A DNA stretch of 64,000 nt from Cyanidioschyzon merolae (lineage: Eukaryota): the NCBI GenBank assembly GCA_000091205.1, contig AP006488.2, one strand, 5' to 3'. A program made the position numbers and the translations under genes. Of this stretch, positions 1-11,118 are shown piece by piece. Under the pieces are notes generated by a model. The model ran no database searches. It was not told the DNA's origin and saw nothing but the letters and a program-made list of their open reading frames with translations. Numbering within the stretch: the stretch's first letter is position 1; each line of letters begins with the position of its first letter.

Positions 1-249
1 AGGCAAGCGCACGCTGGTTCTCTCAGTCGAGGATTTCTGAAACGCGATGTTGGCCATAACGAAGCAGGTACCGCAGGGGCGGGTATCCAAACCGGAGAGC
101 AACTCGAGGTATTCGATCGGTGGACGCTCCCTTCTTGCACAGCTTCGACGCACGCTTCACGAAAAGCGATCGCTGCGATAACTCATGTCCGAGTCCAGGC
201 TTCATTTTCGTGAAGACTCAAGAGATCCAAGCCTCCAGGCACGTAATCC

Positions 250-480
250 GTGAGTAGTATGGCGCGGCTCCTGTGGAATCCAGTATCGTCGACGGCCAAA
301 AGATAGGAGGATATGTATGTCTCGAACGGATTCCATTGTTTGATTTGTCAAGTTCAATGAACTTTGAGCATGAGCTTGTGAACAGTTCACAAAGAGAAGA
401 CGTCCTCGCGTATTTTTCCTCGTTATTCGGGCGGCGCGAATTGCTGCGCTCACAAGTTGCCTTGAAAAATGGTAGATCGA
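250..480 (+). repeat. Copy 1 of a short low-copy repeat (second family); homologous to 6405-6610
   Basis: Direct nucleotide similarity of about 75% over about 200 bp between 300-470 and 6440-6600, e.g. gcatgagcTtgtgaaca...tcgttattc...attgctgcgc shared. Small ORFs 273..488 and 6408..6650 are similar only as a consequence. Confidence 0.55.
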
Positions 481-1462
481 AAACATGAAGCTCCCGTGGT
501 CTGAGCAAACGACACCTGAACGGGACGCGGGCAGTGGGCTTCTTTCTAATCATTAAATCATGATAAGGGTTATTTTACGAGAGCGTATTGAAAGGCATCG
601 CGAATCATTTTGATTCTGGTGTCGTCAAGAATTCTAGTAGCGAAACGTCGAAGATGCCACCCCAGAAAAGTACCAAGAAGCATCGTAAAACTACGTATGC
701 GCGCGGAAGCCCTCGTTGCTGCGCATCGAATGTCGCAGCTGCACATGTGGCAAAAGAAACGCCCCGAGAAAAATCGAACTGCAGGAAGCATCAAGCATTT
801 GAATGTTCCGTCTTCATCTGACACGGGTAGAGCCGGCGTCCTCTGTTCATGAATCAAGACCCAAATGCAAGGCGCGTACCTTCCGACACTTTCCGCTATG
901 GTCTTGTTAGGCGCGACGGCGCACCTGATGGCATCGCTTTGGATACACGAAGCCCATGTTCTTTGGTTTGATGCTGGGAAGCCGCGGATGCCACCCATGC
1001 CTTACCCGTCGGGGCAAGAGCGGTGTCGCTGCTGTGCTCGTACGCGACGACGGAACGCAGTCCGAGTTCCACTGGTGCTCGACGTGTGCCTTGGGCATGT
1101 GCACAATGCACCGCGCATATGCTTGCTCTTTGTTTTTTTCGCATGATGCGGTCGTAGCAAACCGTAAGCACGTGCAAAGTTGCCGTGCAGGGCGCTCGGT
1201 ACCTGGAACCTCATTAGGCATCTTCGTGGCATTTTCAGGTCAATCATTATCACGTCAAAACATCGGTCGTTGCCGGGTCGCAGCACCGACGCTGAATATG
1301 TTAATGGTGCGAACACATCCATGCGTCAGCTCACGTCCACGCGCACGTTCCTCGACAGTTCCGTGCGAAGCCAGCTCGCCAGCGCGCACAGCCACAAACA
1401 AAGGCTTGCGCGCAGTCTCGATTCTTAAGAAGGCTAAACCAGATCCATTGCCCCAATTCCAT

Positions 1463-1915
1463 CTATGGAAGCTCCTCAAGCGGCGCTAACCAGCTCGCTA
1501 TGAAGCCAGAGCCCGCGCACCGCGTGCAGCGTTGCTGGCCCCTGGCGCGACACGCGTAGCAGTCGCAGTTCCGGGCAGTCACAGAGCAGGCGAGTCGGTC
1601 GCCAAGGGCCATCACGCCGGTGCCGTGACAGAACCTACAAGGCACTGAACCGCTCCCGCGACAAACACGACACACTACTGGTGGTGCTTGACGGTCTCGT
1701 GTCTGGTACGCCCAACCGAGCTCGAGGGAACGGCGCTGCTGCCAGAGCTGCGTCCCGTGCCCTACCGCCCTCTCGTCTATCCAGTCACCCTCAGAGGCGT
1801 TTTCTCCACCGTCTGTCACAGCGGTTAACTTGCAACCTTTAAACGGAGTTAAGATGAACATGTGTTCAGAGGGCACCACCGCTTGGCAGTGGACACCGTA
1901 CCTGTGAAACACCAA
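1463..1915 (-). CDS. Small DnaJ-type zinc-finger protein with four CxxCxGxG repeats; BSD2-like plastid chaperone candidate
   Basis: 150-aa ORF containing CRVCRGSG...CRFCHGTG...CDCYACRARG...CTRCAGSG, the DnaJ-type Zn-finger module found in BSD2/PSA2/LQY1-type proteins. N-terminal region may be a targeting peptide. Confidence 0.5.
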   Translation of the reverse strand: MVFHRYGVHCQAVVPSEHMFILTPFKGCKLTAVTDGGENASEGDWIDERAVGHGTQLWQQRRSLELGWAYQTRDRQAPPVVCRVCRGSGSVPCRFCHGTGVMALGDRLACSVTARNCDCYACRARGQQRCTRCAGSGFIASWLAPLEELP

Positions 1916-2747
1916 AGTTTCTAGAGCACGCTGTATTCAATGTTTTTGCGCACGCGATGCTCCTTGTTCGCGACTGCCGTTGCCGCTCGCCGTGTACGCA
2001 TGCACGGCTGCCGCCCCACTGCTCCATGATGCAGACGAGTTTCTATCGCCAGCGCAAAACACCTTCATGTCTATCACGATCGAGCAACCACGTCTGACCT
2101 CCTTTCTTTGCAGAAACAACGTGCTCGCCTCTGCATAGCTGCAGCTGACGTTCAAGATATTCCAGTGCCTGGCAACCTACCGAGCGACGCGCTTCACCAG
2201 GCCAGTCTCCAAACAGCACAGCAAGAACGGATCATTTCATGAATAGGAGCTGGTGCGTTTCCAGGCACCGACGACGTCAGGCGTAGCTACCCATCAACTG
2301 CGATCGCTGCTGTTTTGATGAGCGCTTGCTGATGGTGATCCTCCGAGACCCACATCAACGTCAACTGGAGCACGCCCTGGCAATGCGATCGCCAGCAGCA
2401 ATGTGCCTGAGCAAAGCGCCAGCGGGCAACGGGTTTACCGCGAATTGCAGGCGCTGCGGCATCACCGCCTTGTTCAGCGTGACACGTAACAGCGGCATAC
2501 ACGCATGCACGCACGCATACACGCATCCACGCACGCATCCACAACCGGCGTACGAGCGCTTTGAACCCGCTCTGCTTTGCCTACAGCGTGCTGGTGTACT
2601 AGACGTGTGGTTTGTTCGCTTCTTCGCGTCATCTGGTTGCTTTCTAGGGCATCAGGAGGGGCAGCGACCGCCGAGACGATACAAAAAAGTTTACTGCACG
2701 CAGAAGGACCCTAAGCGCGGTCCTAGTGTACACTGCTCGTGGAGGCA

Positions 2748-2779
2748 GTGGTGGTGGTGGTGGTGGTGGTGGTGGTGGT
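2748..2779. repeat. (GGT/TGG)n microsatellite, about 10.5 units
   Basis: Perfect ggtggtggt... run that generates the poly-W stretch in the spurious upstream part of ORF 2326..4437. Confidence 0.95.
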
Positions 2780-2904
2780 ATCGGTGTTCGCGGTGGTGTC
2801 GGACTTTACCCTTGCTGGGTGCAGTCAAGCCGCGGGGCTTGTCATCATCCGTTTGTCGATCGTGCGCGTCGGTCTGCGTACCAACTGGTGTTTGTGTGTT
2901 GCGA

Positions 2905-4437
2905 ATGTTTGCGACACAGGGCACAGCTCGGATAATTTTAGACTATGTCGTACCGTCTATAGGGATCGTTTTGTCCTTTCTTCTGTTTTTGGCACCCTTT
3001 CCGCGTGTGCTCGCAGTGCGACGTCGCCTTACTGCGGTAGCGAATAGTGTGCGCGTCAGCGCTGAACGCGCTCGCTGCGATGCTCCGTTGCCAACGCAGC
3101 CAGCTGCTACGCCCATGTTCTCTGAAACGATTCTCGAGTACAATGTCCATAGCAATGTGGCTACGGGACATCATAGTGGAGCGGACTCGAGTGATCTGGC
3201 CTCCGTGCCGAGCACCGGGGATAGCACGGAACTCGCCCCCGTCGAGCTGGTTCTTCAGGTGACCCCAAACGAGCTGAATGGCCGCATAGCGGGGATTCCA
3301 ATGAACGAGGTGCCTACTCCTTTGAGTTCAAAATTTGGCCCAACAATGGACGAACCATCTGTCGATGAAAATATCCTGGGTCCGGTGAATCCGCTGCCGT
3401 ACCCGCTCATGTTAGGCAACGCCATTGGCTGGATTTCCTATGCATTTGTGCAGAGCGATTATTTCGTGTTTTGGGCAAATGCGCCCGGAATGATGCTTTG
3501 CATATTTTACGTTGTGGTTGCGTATGCTGCATTACGCCTCGATGAGTGGCGCAAGCGTCAAATCACGTCCGGCGAGCGGCAGCGACCGGAAGCGGTGCGG
3601 GCGCTTCCGCTGGCACCCGCTTCTAGTGGGCACTGGTGGACCCACATCCGCAACGCCTCAGGTCTTTTAAATCGTCGCAACGCAACGGGTGCCGTTTCTG
3701 GAACCCAGTCCGAGAGCAACACGGGTTTGCCACCCCGGATAGAGGATCCTTTGCGTCCAACTGACTTACCGATCGGGAACGGGGCACTGACAAGTTCTCT
3801 GGTGCGCTCCGACACCACGGAGTCTTTGGTTCCCAAGCCGTTGCCTGCTGAGTTGCAGCGGCATCCGTGGGTTGCGGGACTCTCCATGCGTCGGATGTTT
3901 GAAGGCCTGCTCTTCATTATCGCCCTGGTCCTGACCGTATCCGCATTCTTTGTATTCATCCCGTTGGCGAGCAATGGTGTTTGGCGCAACCAAAGCGCCC
4001 GAGTCTTGATCTCAGGGCTCGTCGCGAATATTATTCTCGGATTCATGTACAGTTCACCCCTGTTTCTTATTCGTACTGTTTTCCGCACTCGCGATGCTTC
4101 CATGATCGACCGTAACCTGGCAATCATGTCGCTTGTGAACGGAACACTGTGGACGGCCTACGGCTTCGCAAAGCAGGAACCCTTCATTTATGTCCTGAAT
4201 ATTTTTGGCGCATCGCTTGGAGCCATTCAACTTGCACTCATTGGAATTTTTGGTGGAAGACGCTCTCACCGCAATCCGGCTGTCGTGCAATCCGGGGTCG
4301 AGCCGGCCTTCACGACAGCGCCTGCACAACTGGTCAATGTGGCTCGGAATGAGCCCGACACGACGATGCCATCGACGACGCTGGTTCTCGCTGAGCGCCC
4401 CCTGCACCTTCCTGTTGCAACTGTTGTGGTATCGTGA
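2905..4437 (+). CDS. SWEET/MtN3-family sugar transporter with two MtN3/PQ-loop repeats and long inserted loops
   Basis: First repeat: GIVLSFLLFLAPFPRVLAVRRR (TM1) then PYPLMLGNAIGWISYAFVQSDYFVFWANAPGMMLCIFYVVVAY (TM2-3). Second repeat: SGLVANIILGFMYSSPLFLIRTVFRTRDASMIDRNLAIMSLVNGTLWTAYGF...NIFGASLGAIQLALIGIF. Start taken at the first in-frame ATG after the microsatellite leader (MFATQG); the ORF upstream of 2905 is low-complexity. Confidence 0.6.
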   Translation: MFATQGTARIILDYVVPSIGIVLSFLLFLAPFPRVLAVRRRLTAVANSVRVSAERARCDAPLPTQPAATPMFSETILEYNVHSNVATGHHSGADSSDLASVPSTGDSTELAPVELVLQVTPNELNGRIAGIPMNEVPTPLSSKFGPTMDEPSVDENILGPVNPLPYPLMLGNAIGWISYAFVQSDYFVFWANAPGMMLCIFYVVVAYAALRLDEWRKRQITSGERQRPEAVRALPLAPASSGHWWTHIRNASGLLNRRNATGAVSGTQSESNTGLPPRIEDPLRPTDLPIGNGALTSSLVRSDTTESLVPKPLPAELQRHPWVAGLSMRRMFEGLLFIIALVLTVSAFFVFIPLASNGVWRNQSARVLISGLVANIILGFMYSSPLFLIRTVFRTRDASMIDRNLAIMSLVNGTLWTAYGFAKQEPFIYVLNIFGASLGAIQLALIGIFGGRRSHRNPAVVQSGVEPAFTTAPAQLVNVARNEPDTTMPSTTLVLAERPLHLPVATVVVS

Positions 4438-4608
4438 GTAGTGGCAGCGGCTATTCCCGCGTGCCTGGTCGTAATAGAGTTTGTCCGAGTAACAGCAAAG
4501 CGATGCAAAGAGGTGCGCGCATCTTTGCACGCGCGATACAATGTTCATCACGTGTACAAGACCCTTCTTCCATCCCCACAAGCAGAATAGGACACAACTG
4601 TGTCCGTC

Positions 4609-4628
4609 TGTGTGTGTGTGTGTGTGTG
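4609..4628. repeat. (TG)10 microsatellite
   Basis: tgtgtgtgtgtgtgtgtgtg about 170 bp downstream of the SWEET stop. Confidence 0.95.
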
Positions 4629-6404
4629 CATCTAACCTTTCGATTCGAAGATCATTCGGGTAATGCTGCGGCGGCGAACTCCCGGCATCATACCATTTTG
4701 TTAGGGATGCGACTGCTTGGTGCATACACTACTCTGTTTGAAAACGGAAAACAAGCTGTTGCCGAGTAAGGTCGCTGACGGACCATGACAAGGACGCCTT
4801 TGCATATCTGGGTATTTGTGACCCGTAAATTCTATGATTCGCCCTCTGTATATTCCGGAAAACTGAACAGTTGAACGCTCTCCTGGTTCACCATTTGTGC
4901 TGGAAAAATGCTCCCGGTTCATTCAAGCGACGTTATAAACTTTCCGGCCAGCTGACCGGCACCATAGCAATGCCGAGCTTCGTGCGAGACTCCAGTCTCC
5001 TGGCGACTTTTGTTTCCTACGGAAATGCCGAGGATTTCCGCACAAAACCCACTCGGAATACGAAACGTTGCCGCGGAGGTTTCGCTCCCTGCAAAGCCGC
5101 TGGGCGCTCTATGGGCACGAGACATTGCCGGATGTTGATCGAGGAGTAAAGGTGTCAGAGCGGAAACTGCTTGCAAGCATTTAACCTGGTGGAATCATTC
5201 TGTGGCAAACCCCTCACCTTGGATTGCCTCGGAATTTGATGTATCGCTCGGTTTACTGGACCGCTGTCTTGGTTCAGGATCCCCATGTTTATTCTTCTAC
5301 CCACGCGCTTCTTTGTTTTATCCAGGTTCCTCTTACTTGCCCAGCGATTCAAACCTCTGACGTCCCCAGAGCGAATCATATGCGGAGACGAAGTACGAGC
5401 GGCGAGGATGAAAACACGGAGCAGATAACGAGTTTGTGGATTGTGCTCAAGGAGAATGATGACATGACGTGCCGCTGTGTGTCACTTGCGCATCTGAGAA
5501 GTTCTCCACTTTTCCAGTGTCCTCGACACACTGGAAGGACACTAACCTGAGAGTGAGCAGAGCACATTGCCGCGGCCGAGTGCGATGCCATGCATAATCC
5601 TCTACGAGCGCTCTGTGTTCCGGCAACAGCAATGACACTCCGGGGTACTCCTTAACGACCCTAGTGCCTGAGTTTAGCGATGCGCGCAGCTTCTCGTCTG
5701 AGAAGACACCCAAGCGATGAGCTCCGTCCAGCAATGCTTTTCGTCCGAGAGTAGTAACGTTCTCTGGGAACGCTATACATCCTGCGTGCGGAACGCTCCA
5801 GGATATCTGTGAAGCTCTCACACCGCTGCTTCTTCGGCGTAATTGGTATGCACGGACACTGCATTTCCGTTGTGAACCATGTAATTCATATTTATTCTTC
5901 ATACATTTTTGACCTCTCTTCTCTATCGCTCTTCGGAAAATGCGATCTGCAAACCTGACCAAGTGTTGCAAACAAAGCGTTGAGCCCTGCAGCCCCGGTC
6001 GTTGAGCCCAAAGCATCGAGCACCAATCCACGTCGGGGACGGTACGCGTTATCGAATATGTATTTGCTGAACTGAGCCCTTGCTTCACGGCCTCGATGAC
6101 CCTATCAATAGGGTCTTAACCACAGAGAGCAATTTGTGGTGTCTAAGATAACCCATCCTCCGATCTCTGCTGTTTTCCAAAAAAGAGGATATGTGGAACA
6201 CGATGTTGTCCACCGTGCGACAAGCACCGAAACCAAATCCAGACTGGAGAACACGTTGGACCATTTCGATTGGTCTGCATTCCCATCGTGCAAAGCGATG
6301 ACACAATCTCCTCTGGGAAGCGATCGCTGCAACGACTGTAGTCTGAATCCATTGCCCATTTCCATGCAAGAACAAGAGCCGGGCGTCTCTGAAAGCATAT
6401 CCAC

Positions 6405-6610
6405 TTATTGATATCGAGCTGCAGTCGAATGGCGTTCCGTCGATGTCTACAAAGAGAAAAGAAGTCGGCTTTCGAACAGATTGAATTTTCTGACGTTCCA
6501 AGTTTCAGAAGCTTTCTGCATGAGCCTGTGAACATGTCGTCCATTCTCGACGCCAATGGTTTTTCTTCGTTATTCCAGCAGCATGCATTGCTGCGCCCAG
6601 CGGATGTCTT
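6405..6610 (+). repeat. Copy 2 of the short low-copy repeat (second family)
   Basis: Homologous to 250-480 (see that entry). Same orientation, 6.1 kb apart, flanking the DnaJ-like and SWEET genes. Confidence 0.55.
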
Positions 6611-7741
6611 AAGACACACCGATCAGAGACCTGAGGCATGCGTTATCTGAGCATGCTATACGGACGGAGCAGAGAAGCGTTGAGTCTCGTTCCAAAAACT
6701 TGGATAATGAAATCAAGTATTTTGCGAATCCTGAGTTCGAGGGCGTTGCGAATCATTCTGATACCGTTGACAAGACGCATTCCAGCGAGCGGCGTCGAAG
6801 GAGCCACTCCGAAACCCCGACCGAGAATACTCAAACTATTTATGCATTCGAAAGCCCGTATGGCTGCACTGCGAAGGCTGCAAGCGTAACTCTAAAAAAG
6901 CGCGAGCGACATATCGGAATGCACGATCAGAAGAACCAGTTTTGTTTTCCACGTTCATCTGATCGCTGTAGCATGGTGCAGACGGGTGCAGGCCTAGCGC
7001 ACCATCGACGGGATATCCTTGACGCTATGCTATGGGTGCCACTCGGGTACAACGCCTACGTTTCAAGCGAATCATTAAGAATCGCTCTTATTGGAAGCGC
7101 GTCCCCCATAAACGCATCGCTCGGCGCTGAATCGCAGATGAGCAGTCTGCGTACTAGCGAACGCAGGCTTTCTCGTGAAACTCATTGGTCAGCACTCACC
7201 TGCGGTTCAAAAAAGAACGGCGCAGCGCCGACACCGCAATCAAGTGCGCTTGACTCGTGCAGGAATAAACCACTTGGACCCTGCTATCGGTTGTATAAAG
7301 CGTGAAAGCTCGTATAGACGTCTTGCTCCCCGGCGTTGTTCAGAACAGCACGCTGCGCTGCTGGGCGCTTCCCTGGAACACGTGTCGACGCAGCCGAGGA
7401 GCGCCATCCTTGCTCTACGAAACATATTGACCAGCAGCGAAAATTGCGTGCCATGGCATACACTTGAAACTGCATTTCGCTCTATCGAAACTGCAGACAA
7501 ACCCTAGATAAGCCCGCTACCTATGCCTCGAGTCCAGCCTCTGAGCCAACGCCAAGGCCAACCACTGGGGTTATCCGTAAAGCGCCGCCCCGCCCCGCGC
7601 TGCACCGCACCCGCTTCAACGTTCGAACGTTCGACTGTTGCCGCTGTAGAGTTGCACTTGTTAGGGACACACTTGAGCACTTGCCTACGGTCGGAACGAA
7701 TTTGCAACGGCTGTCAGAGGCCGACACACGCTGTGAAAGGC

Positions 7742-9943
7742 ATGCCAGGGGCGTCTGGTCCCAAACGGGATGCAGCGGATCGCGTGCAAGACGGCGACTT
7801 TGTTATTCTGCAGTACGGAGAAGGTCGCTATGAGAAACATCGCAAGATCCTGCAAGTTCGGAAGACTACAGCGACTTTGCAAGACGTGCATGACGCTGCA
7901 GGCACTGCTGCTGCTGCGGACACACTGATCAGAGTTGGTACCAGGTACGTGCACCCAAGTGCACTGATCGGCGTTCCGTGGGGCGTGCGTCTCTCTTACC
8001 CGGATCCAGCTGAACAAGCGGTATCGCCTGCACCGCAGGCAACAGACAAACAGATGTTACTCGCTTTGCGAACTGATGCCGATGCCGTTGCAACAGATGG
8101 GCAGGACGTGGACGCGGAGGCACCTGAACAACGAAGCAACCCTAGCGCGACAGCGTGCGCTACGACCGAAAAGCCTCCAACGCTTACCCAGGTCGTTCCT
8201 GGTACCAGTCAGGAAAGTTTCACGTCCCAGTTTCGTGGCACCAATCATCAAACTCGAGCCACAGCGGAAACGGTTTCAGAACGCGTATCCGCTGCACAGT
8301 CCAAACGCTTGGAGCGAAAACATCAGCGGCACGGATTCTCCTTGCGCGTCATCCGTCCTAGTTTATGCACACTTACAGACACCCTTTACCAGAAAATGGA
8401 AGGCAAATCATTGTGGATGCATGCCGAAGCGCTTGGGTTTGTTCTTCTGCAGGCCGGCGTCTGGGCGGGTACCAAACGCGTGTTGATCCTCGAGGAGCTC
8501 GCAGAACGAACAGGTCTTGTAACCGCGGCGTGCACCCAACGGATGCGCTATCCTGGACGAGTTCCAAATCCTGCAGAGGGTATTCTGGTCATCACAGCTG
8601 CAGGAGTTGGCATGAAGACCAGTCATGGTGCTGCACTGCGGATACTTGGCTTACGTCGATCGAAACGAGCTGAGCACAGCGCATCCACTGATCCGTTACG
8701 AGGTGATGCGGAGAACGCATCGAGACAATCGTATTCAAATTCCACTTCAGAAGATCGCCTGGAAGCAGCTGGTCTACCGCTGATTCAGCATCTGCCCTTG
8801 GAATGGTTACAGAAGACGCCAGGGTCATTCGGAGGCCGTCCTCGTGGACATCTCCATGACGCCCGGGCGCCAACCGGGGGCACGGTACCGCCTATGGGTA
8901 CGGACGGTTCGATCGGGGCGGAAAATTCTGGCGATGTGGATGCCCAGCTCCTCGAAGTGAACGATCATCTGCAACATCATGCTGTCAAGAGATCGCCGGA
9001 AGGACCAGAGGAACGCGAGGAGCGTCCCGAATCATCTAAAACGATGGATGTACTGGAATCCTCTGTGCAGAGGTGGCTCGACAATGCCGATCGGGGAAAT
9101 GAGGCAATCATTATTGCCTTCAAAGAGCAGGTCCCTGGTGGAGCAGGCGATCTGGTTCAGCTCATGGCACTGCTTCTTCCATTACTATCGCCTGGTTATC
9201 CCTTTGTCATCTGGAGTCCATGGCTACAGCCTCTGGCGGAACTGCAAGCGTTTATGAGCATTTCAGATGATTCTCGCAGCGAGTCAGCGCCAGTTTCCAT
9301 CGATGCACCTGGGAATCTAGCCAGTTCAGCTCGAAAACTGGATACGAGCACGTGGCAAGGGGTCGGTATCGAAGCGATCGACGATGCGAAACTCGATCAG
9401 TGGAAGCGAAGCAGACGGCAGCCGTTTGTAAACCGACCGGAACGCGAGCGCATGGTGACGACACCGGACAGCATCGCGGTTGCAGAGATACCTCGGAAAC
9501 CTCCAGGGATTCCAGAGGGATCCACTCGCCCCGCACACGCTCCAGACGAATCGTCTGTGAACCGAGCAGTCATGTCAGCGGCAGAGCATCCTGCAGATAC
9601 GGAGTCGCTTATTCCGGCGGCAGAGCGAATAGCGCAGCGTGAATCCCCTTCAACACAGTCTCTATCGATGGACGCTGTGGCAGATTCGCGTCAGGCTCAT
9701 GTCAAGGATCCAAATCCGGTGCCTGTGGGTCACGTTGGGCAGGTTTTCCAAGACGATCACGCGGGTACGACCGATGACGCAACTGGAGACGTGGACCTGC
9801 GTGTGTTACAGCAGGTCGCGCACGTTCGTTTGACGGAAATCACGACGTTTGGGCACCAGTTTGCAGCCGAAAGAACGCACCCCTGGATGTCGCAGACACC
9901 ACCCAGCGGATTCGTGCTGTCCGGGTTCCGAATCCAGCCATGA
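7742..9943 (+). CDS. TRM6/GCD10-like protein (non-catalytic subunit of tRNA m1A58 methyltransferase) with large low-complexity insertions
   Basis: N-terminal block RVQDGDFVILQYGEG...IRVGTRYVHPSALIGVPWGVRLSY resembles the Gcd10/Gcd14 N-terminal barrel. Mid block GTKRVLILEELAERTGLVTAACTQRM and C-terminal block GGAGDLVQLMALLLPLLSPGYPFVIWSPWLQPLAELQAFM resemble TRM6 regions. Start set at the in-frame ATG at 7742 (MPGASG) rather than the ORF-track start 7523. Assignment is tentative. Confidence 0.4.
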   Translation: MPGASGPKRDAADRVQDGDFVILQYGEGRYEKHRKILQVRKTTATLQDVHDAAGTAAAADTLIRVGTRYVHPSALIGVPWGVRLSYPDPAEQAVSPAPQATDKQMLLALRTDADAVATDGQDVDAEAPEQRSNPSATACATTEKPPTLTQVVPGTSQESFTSQFRGTNHQTRATAETVSERVSAAQSKRLERKHQRHGFSLRVIRPSLCTLTDTLYQKMEGKSLWMHAEALGFVLLQAGVWAGTKRVLILEELAERTGLVTAACTQRMRYPGRVPNPAEGILVITAAGVGMKTSHGAALRILGLRRSKRAEHSASTDPLRGDAENASRQSYSNSTSEDRLEAAGLPLIQHLPLEWLQKTPGSFGGRPRGHLHDARAPTGGTVPPMGTDGSIGAENSGDVDAQLLEVNDHLQHHAVKRSPEGPEEREERPESSKTMDVLESSVQRWLDNADRGNEAIIIAFKEQVPGGAGDLVQLMALLLPLLSPGYPFVIWSPWLQPLAELQAFMSISDDSRSESAPVSIDAPGNLASSARKLDTSTWQGVGIEAIDDAKLDQWKRSRRQPFVNRPERERMVTTPDSIAVAEIPRKPPGIPEGSTRPAHAPDESSVNRAVMSAAEHPADTESLIPAAERIAQRESPSTQSLSMDAVADSRQAHVKDPNPVPVGHVGQVFQDDHAGTTDDATGDVDLRVLQQVAHVRLTEITTFGHQFAAERTHPWMSQTPPSGFVLSGFRIQP

Positions 9944-11118
9944 TACAGCCAGACTAGTAGATTCCTCTGTCTAGTGCTACTGCTGCCGCTGCTGCTGAAG
10001 AGATCCACAGATGCAGCGTGTCTCGTATGGGGGTTTGGCGTTTCACGCCACCCATCGCTAGTCACACACAGCTGAAGCGAAGATCATCAGCAGTCCATGC
10101 AATTCCAAGGCAAACGGCAGGCCAAAGATGGAAACCTTCTTGTCCGGGAAGCGACATCTTCGTAACGTATCCTCCCTGCCGTTGAGTGGTGGCACCTGAG
10201 GTTGGACGCGTCACGACGTCGTCGTCTGTTGCTGCGGCCGCCGCCACCAAACATGAAAGCGTAGACGAAAGTAGGTACGTTTGCCTGCGCGAGACCCGAT
10301 TCTCGTCATGAATGGGTATCAAGGCCCTGGCCAGATTACGACCCGGCAAAGGCGGAGCACCTTGGATTGCACCATTTGGTTTGTAGCGCTTCGTACAGGC
10401 TGCGTTACCCGGACGCTGGACATGGCGCGGCTTGCGTTTTACGCGAACCTTTCATCCGCAGCGCAGCAGTCGTGTCCATAGGTACCATTCCCTCGTATCC
10501 TTGCTGTTCATGCCTCGAATACACATGTTCCAGTAGCTCTATGCCCCCAAAGGACGATATCTATTGTTCGCGTACCTGCTTTGAATCGCCTTTGTGCTCT
10601 TCGTGATTGCGCCGCTATGCAGCACCAGCAGAAACTCGTCTTGCAGTAGCCTCCGCGGTGCTTTTCACTGGTACCTAGGAACTCGCGCAGCATCGTTCCC
10701 AGCGTGAATTATCACACCGCAGTACCGTACGAGCGGTCTGGACGCGTCGCCAGCAATCGTTTTTTTGCATCCCTACTGACGCTAGCTCTACGACCCGCCA
10801 CCGTTTCGCTCCCGGATGACAGTTTCTGGTGTCAGGCTGCAAAACGGCATTTGGGGCACGTTCCTGTGCGTCGCCGCCGTGCAGTGATCGAGACAAGTTT
10901 CCCTCCTGCCGCAACCCAAGCGCATTGCTCTAATGCATTCGCTGAGCTTTCCCGCCGCCCTCATGCTCTTCTGCCTGACTAAAAGATAGCCACGACTGCC
11001 AACAAATCCAATGCGAGCGCTACGTACCTGCAGGCCGATGCATGCCCTATGAGAATGTGTCTGCAGCTCTTCCAGATTGCTGGACGGACACTCTCGAGAC
11101 CTCCAGCACTTTCGAGTG

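Noticed and set aside
2326-2904. N-terminal 193 codons of ORF 2326..4437, including a WWWWWWWWWW run
   Set aside because: The poly-W is simply the (GGT)n microsatellite read in frame. The region is low-complexity leader sequence, and the SWEET homology starts after the ATG at 2905.
3558-4725. Minus-strand ORFs 3558..4127 (189 aa) and 4054..4725 (223 aa)
   Set aside because: They are antisense to, or overlapping the 3' end of, the SWEET gene. They have no domain similarity, and this kind of ORF is typical in GC-rich sequence.
5447-7305. ORFs 5447..6088 (213 aa, minus) and 6700..7305 (201 aa, plus)
   Set aside because: They show no recognisable domains and have R/S-rich biased composition. 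6408-6650 overlaps a repeat copy. There is no support for coding.
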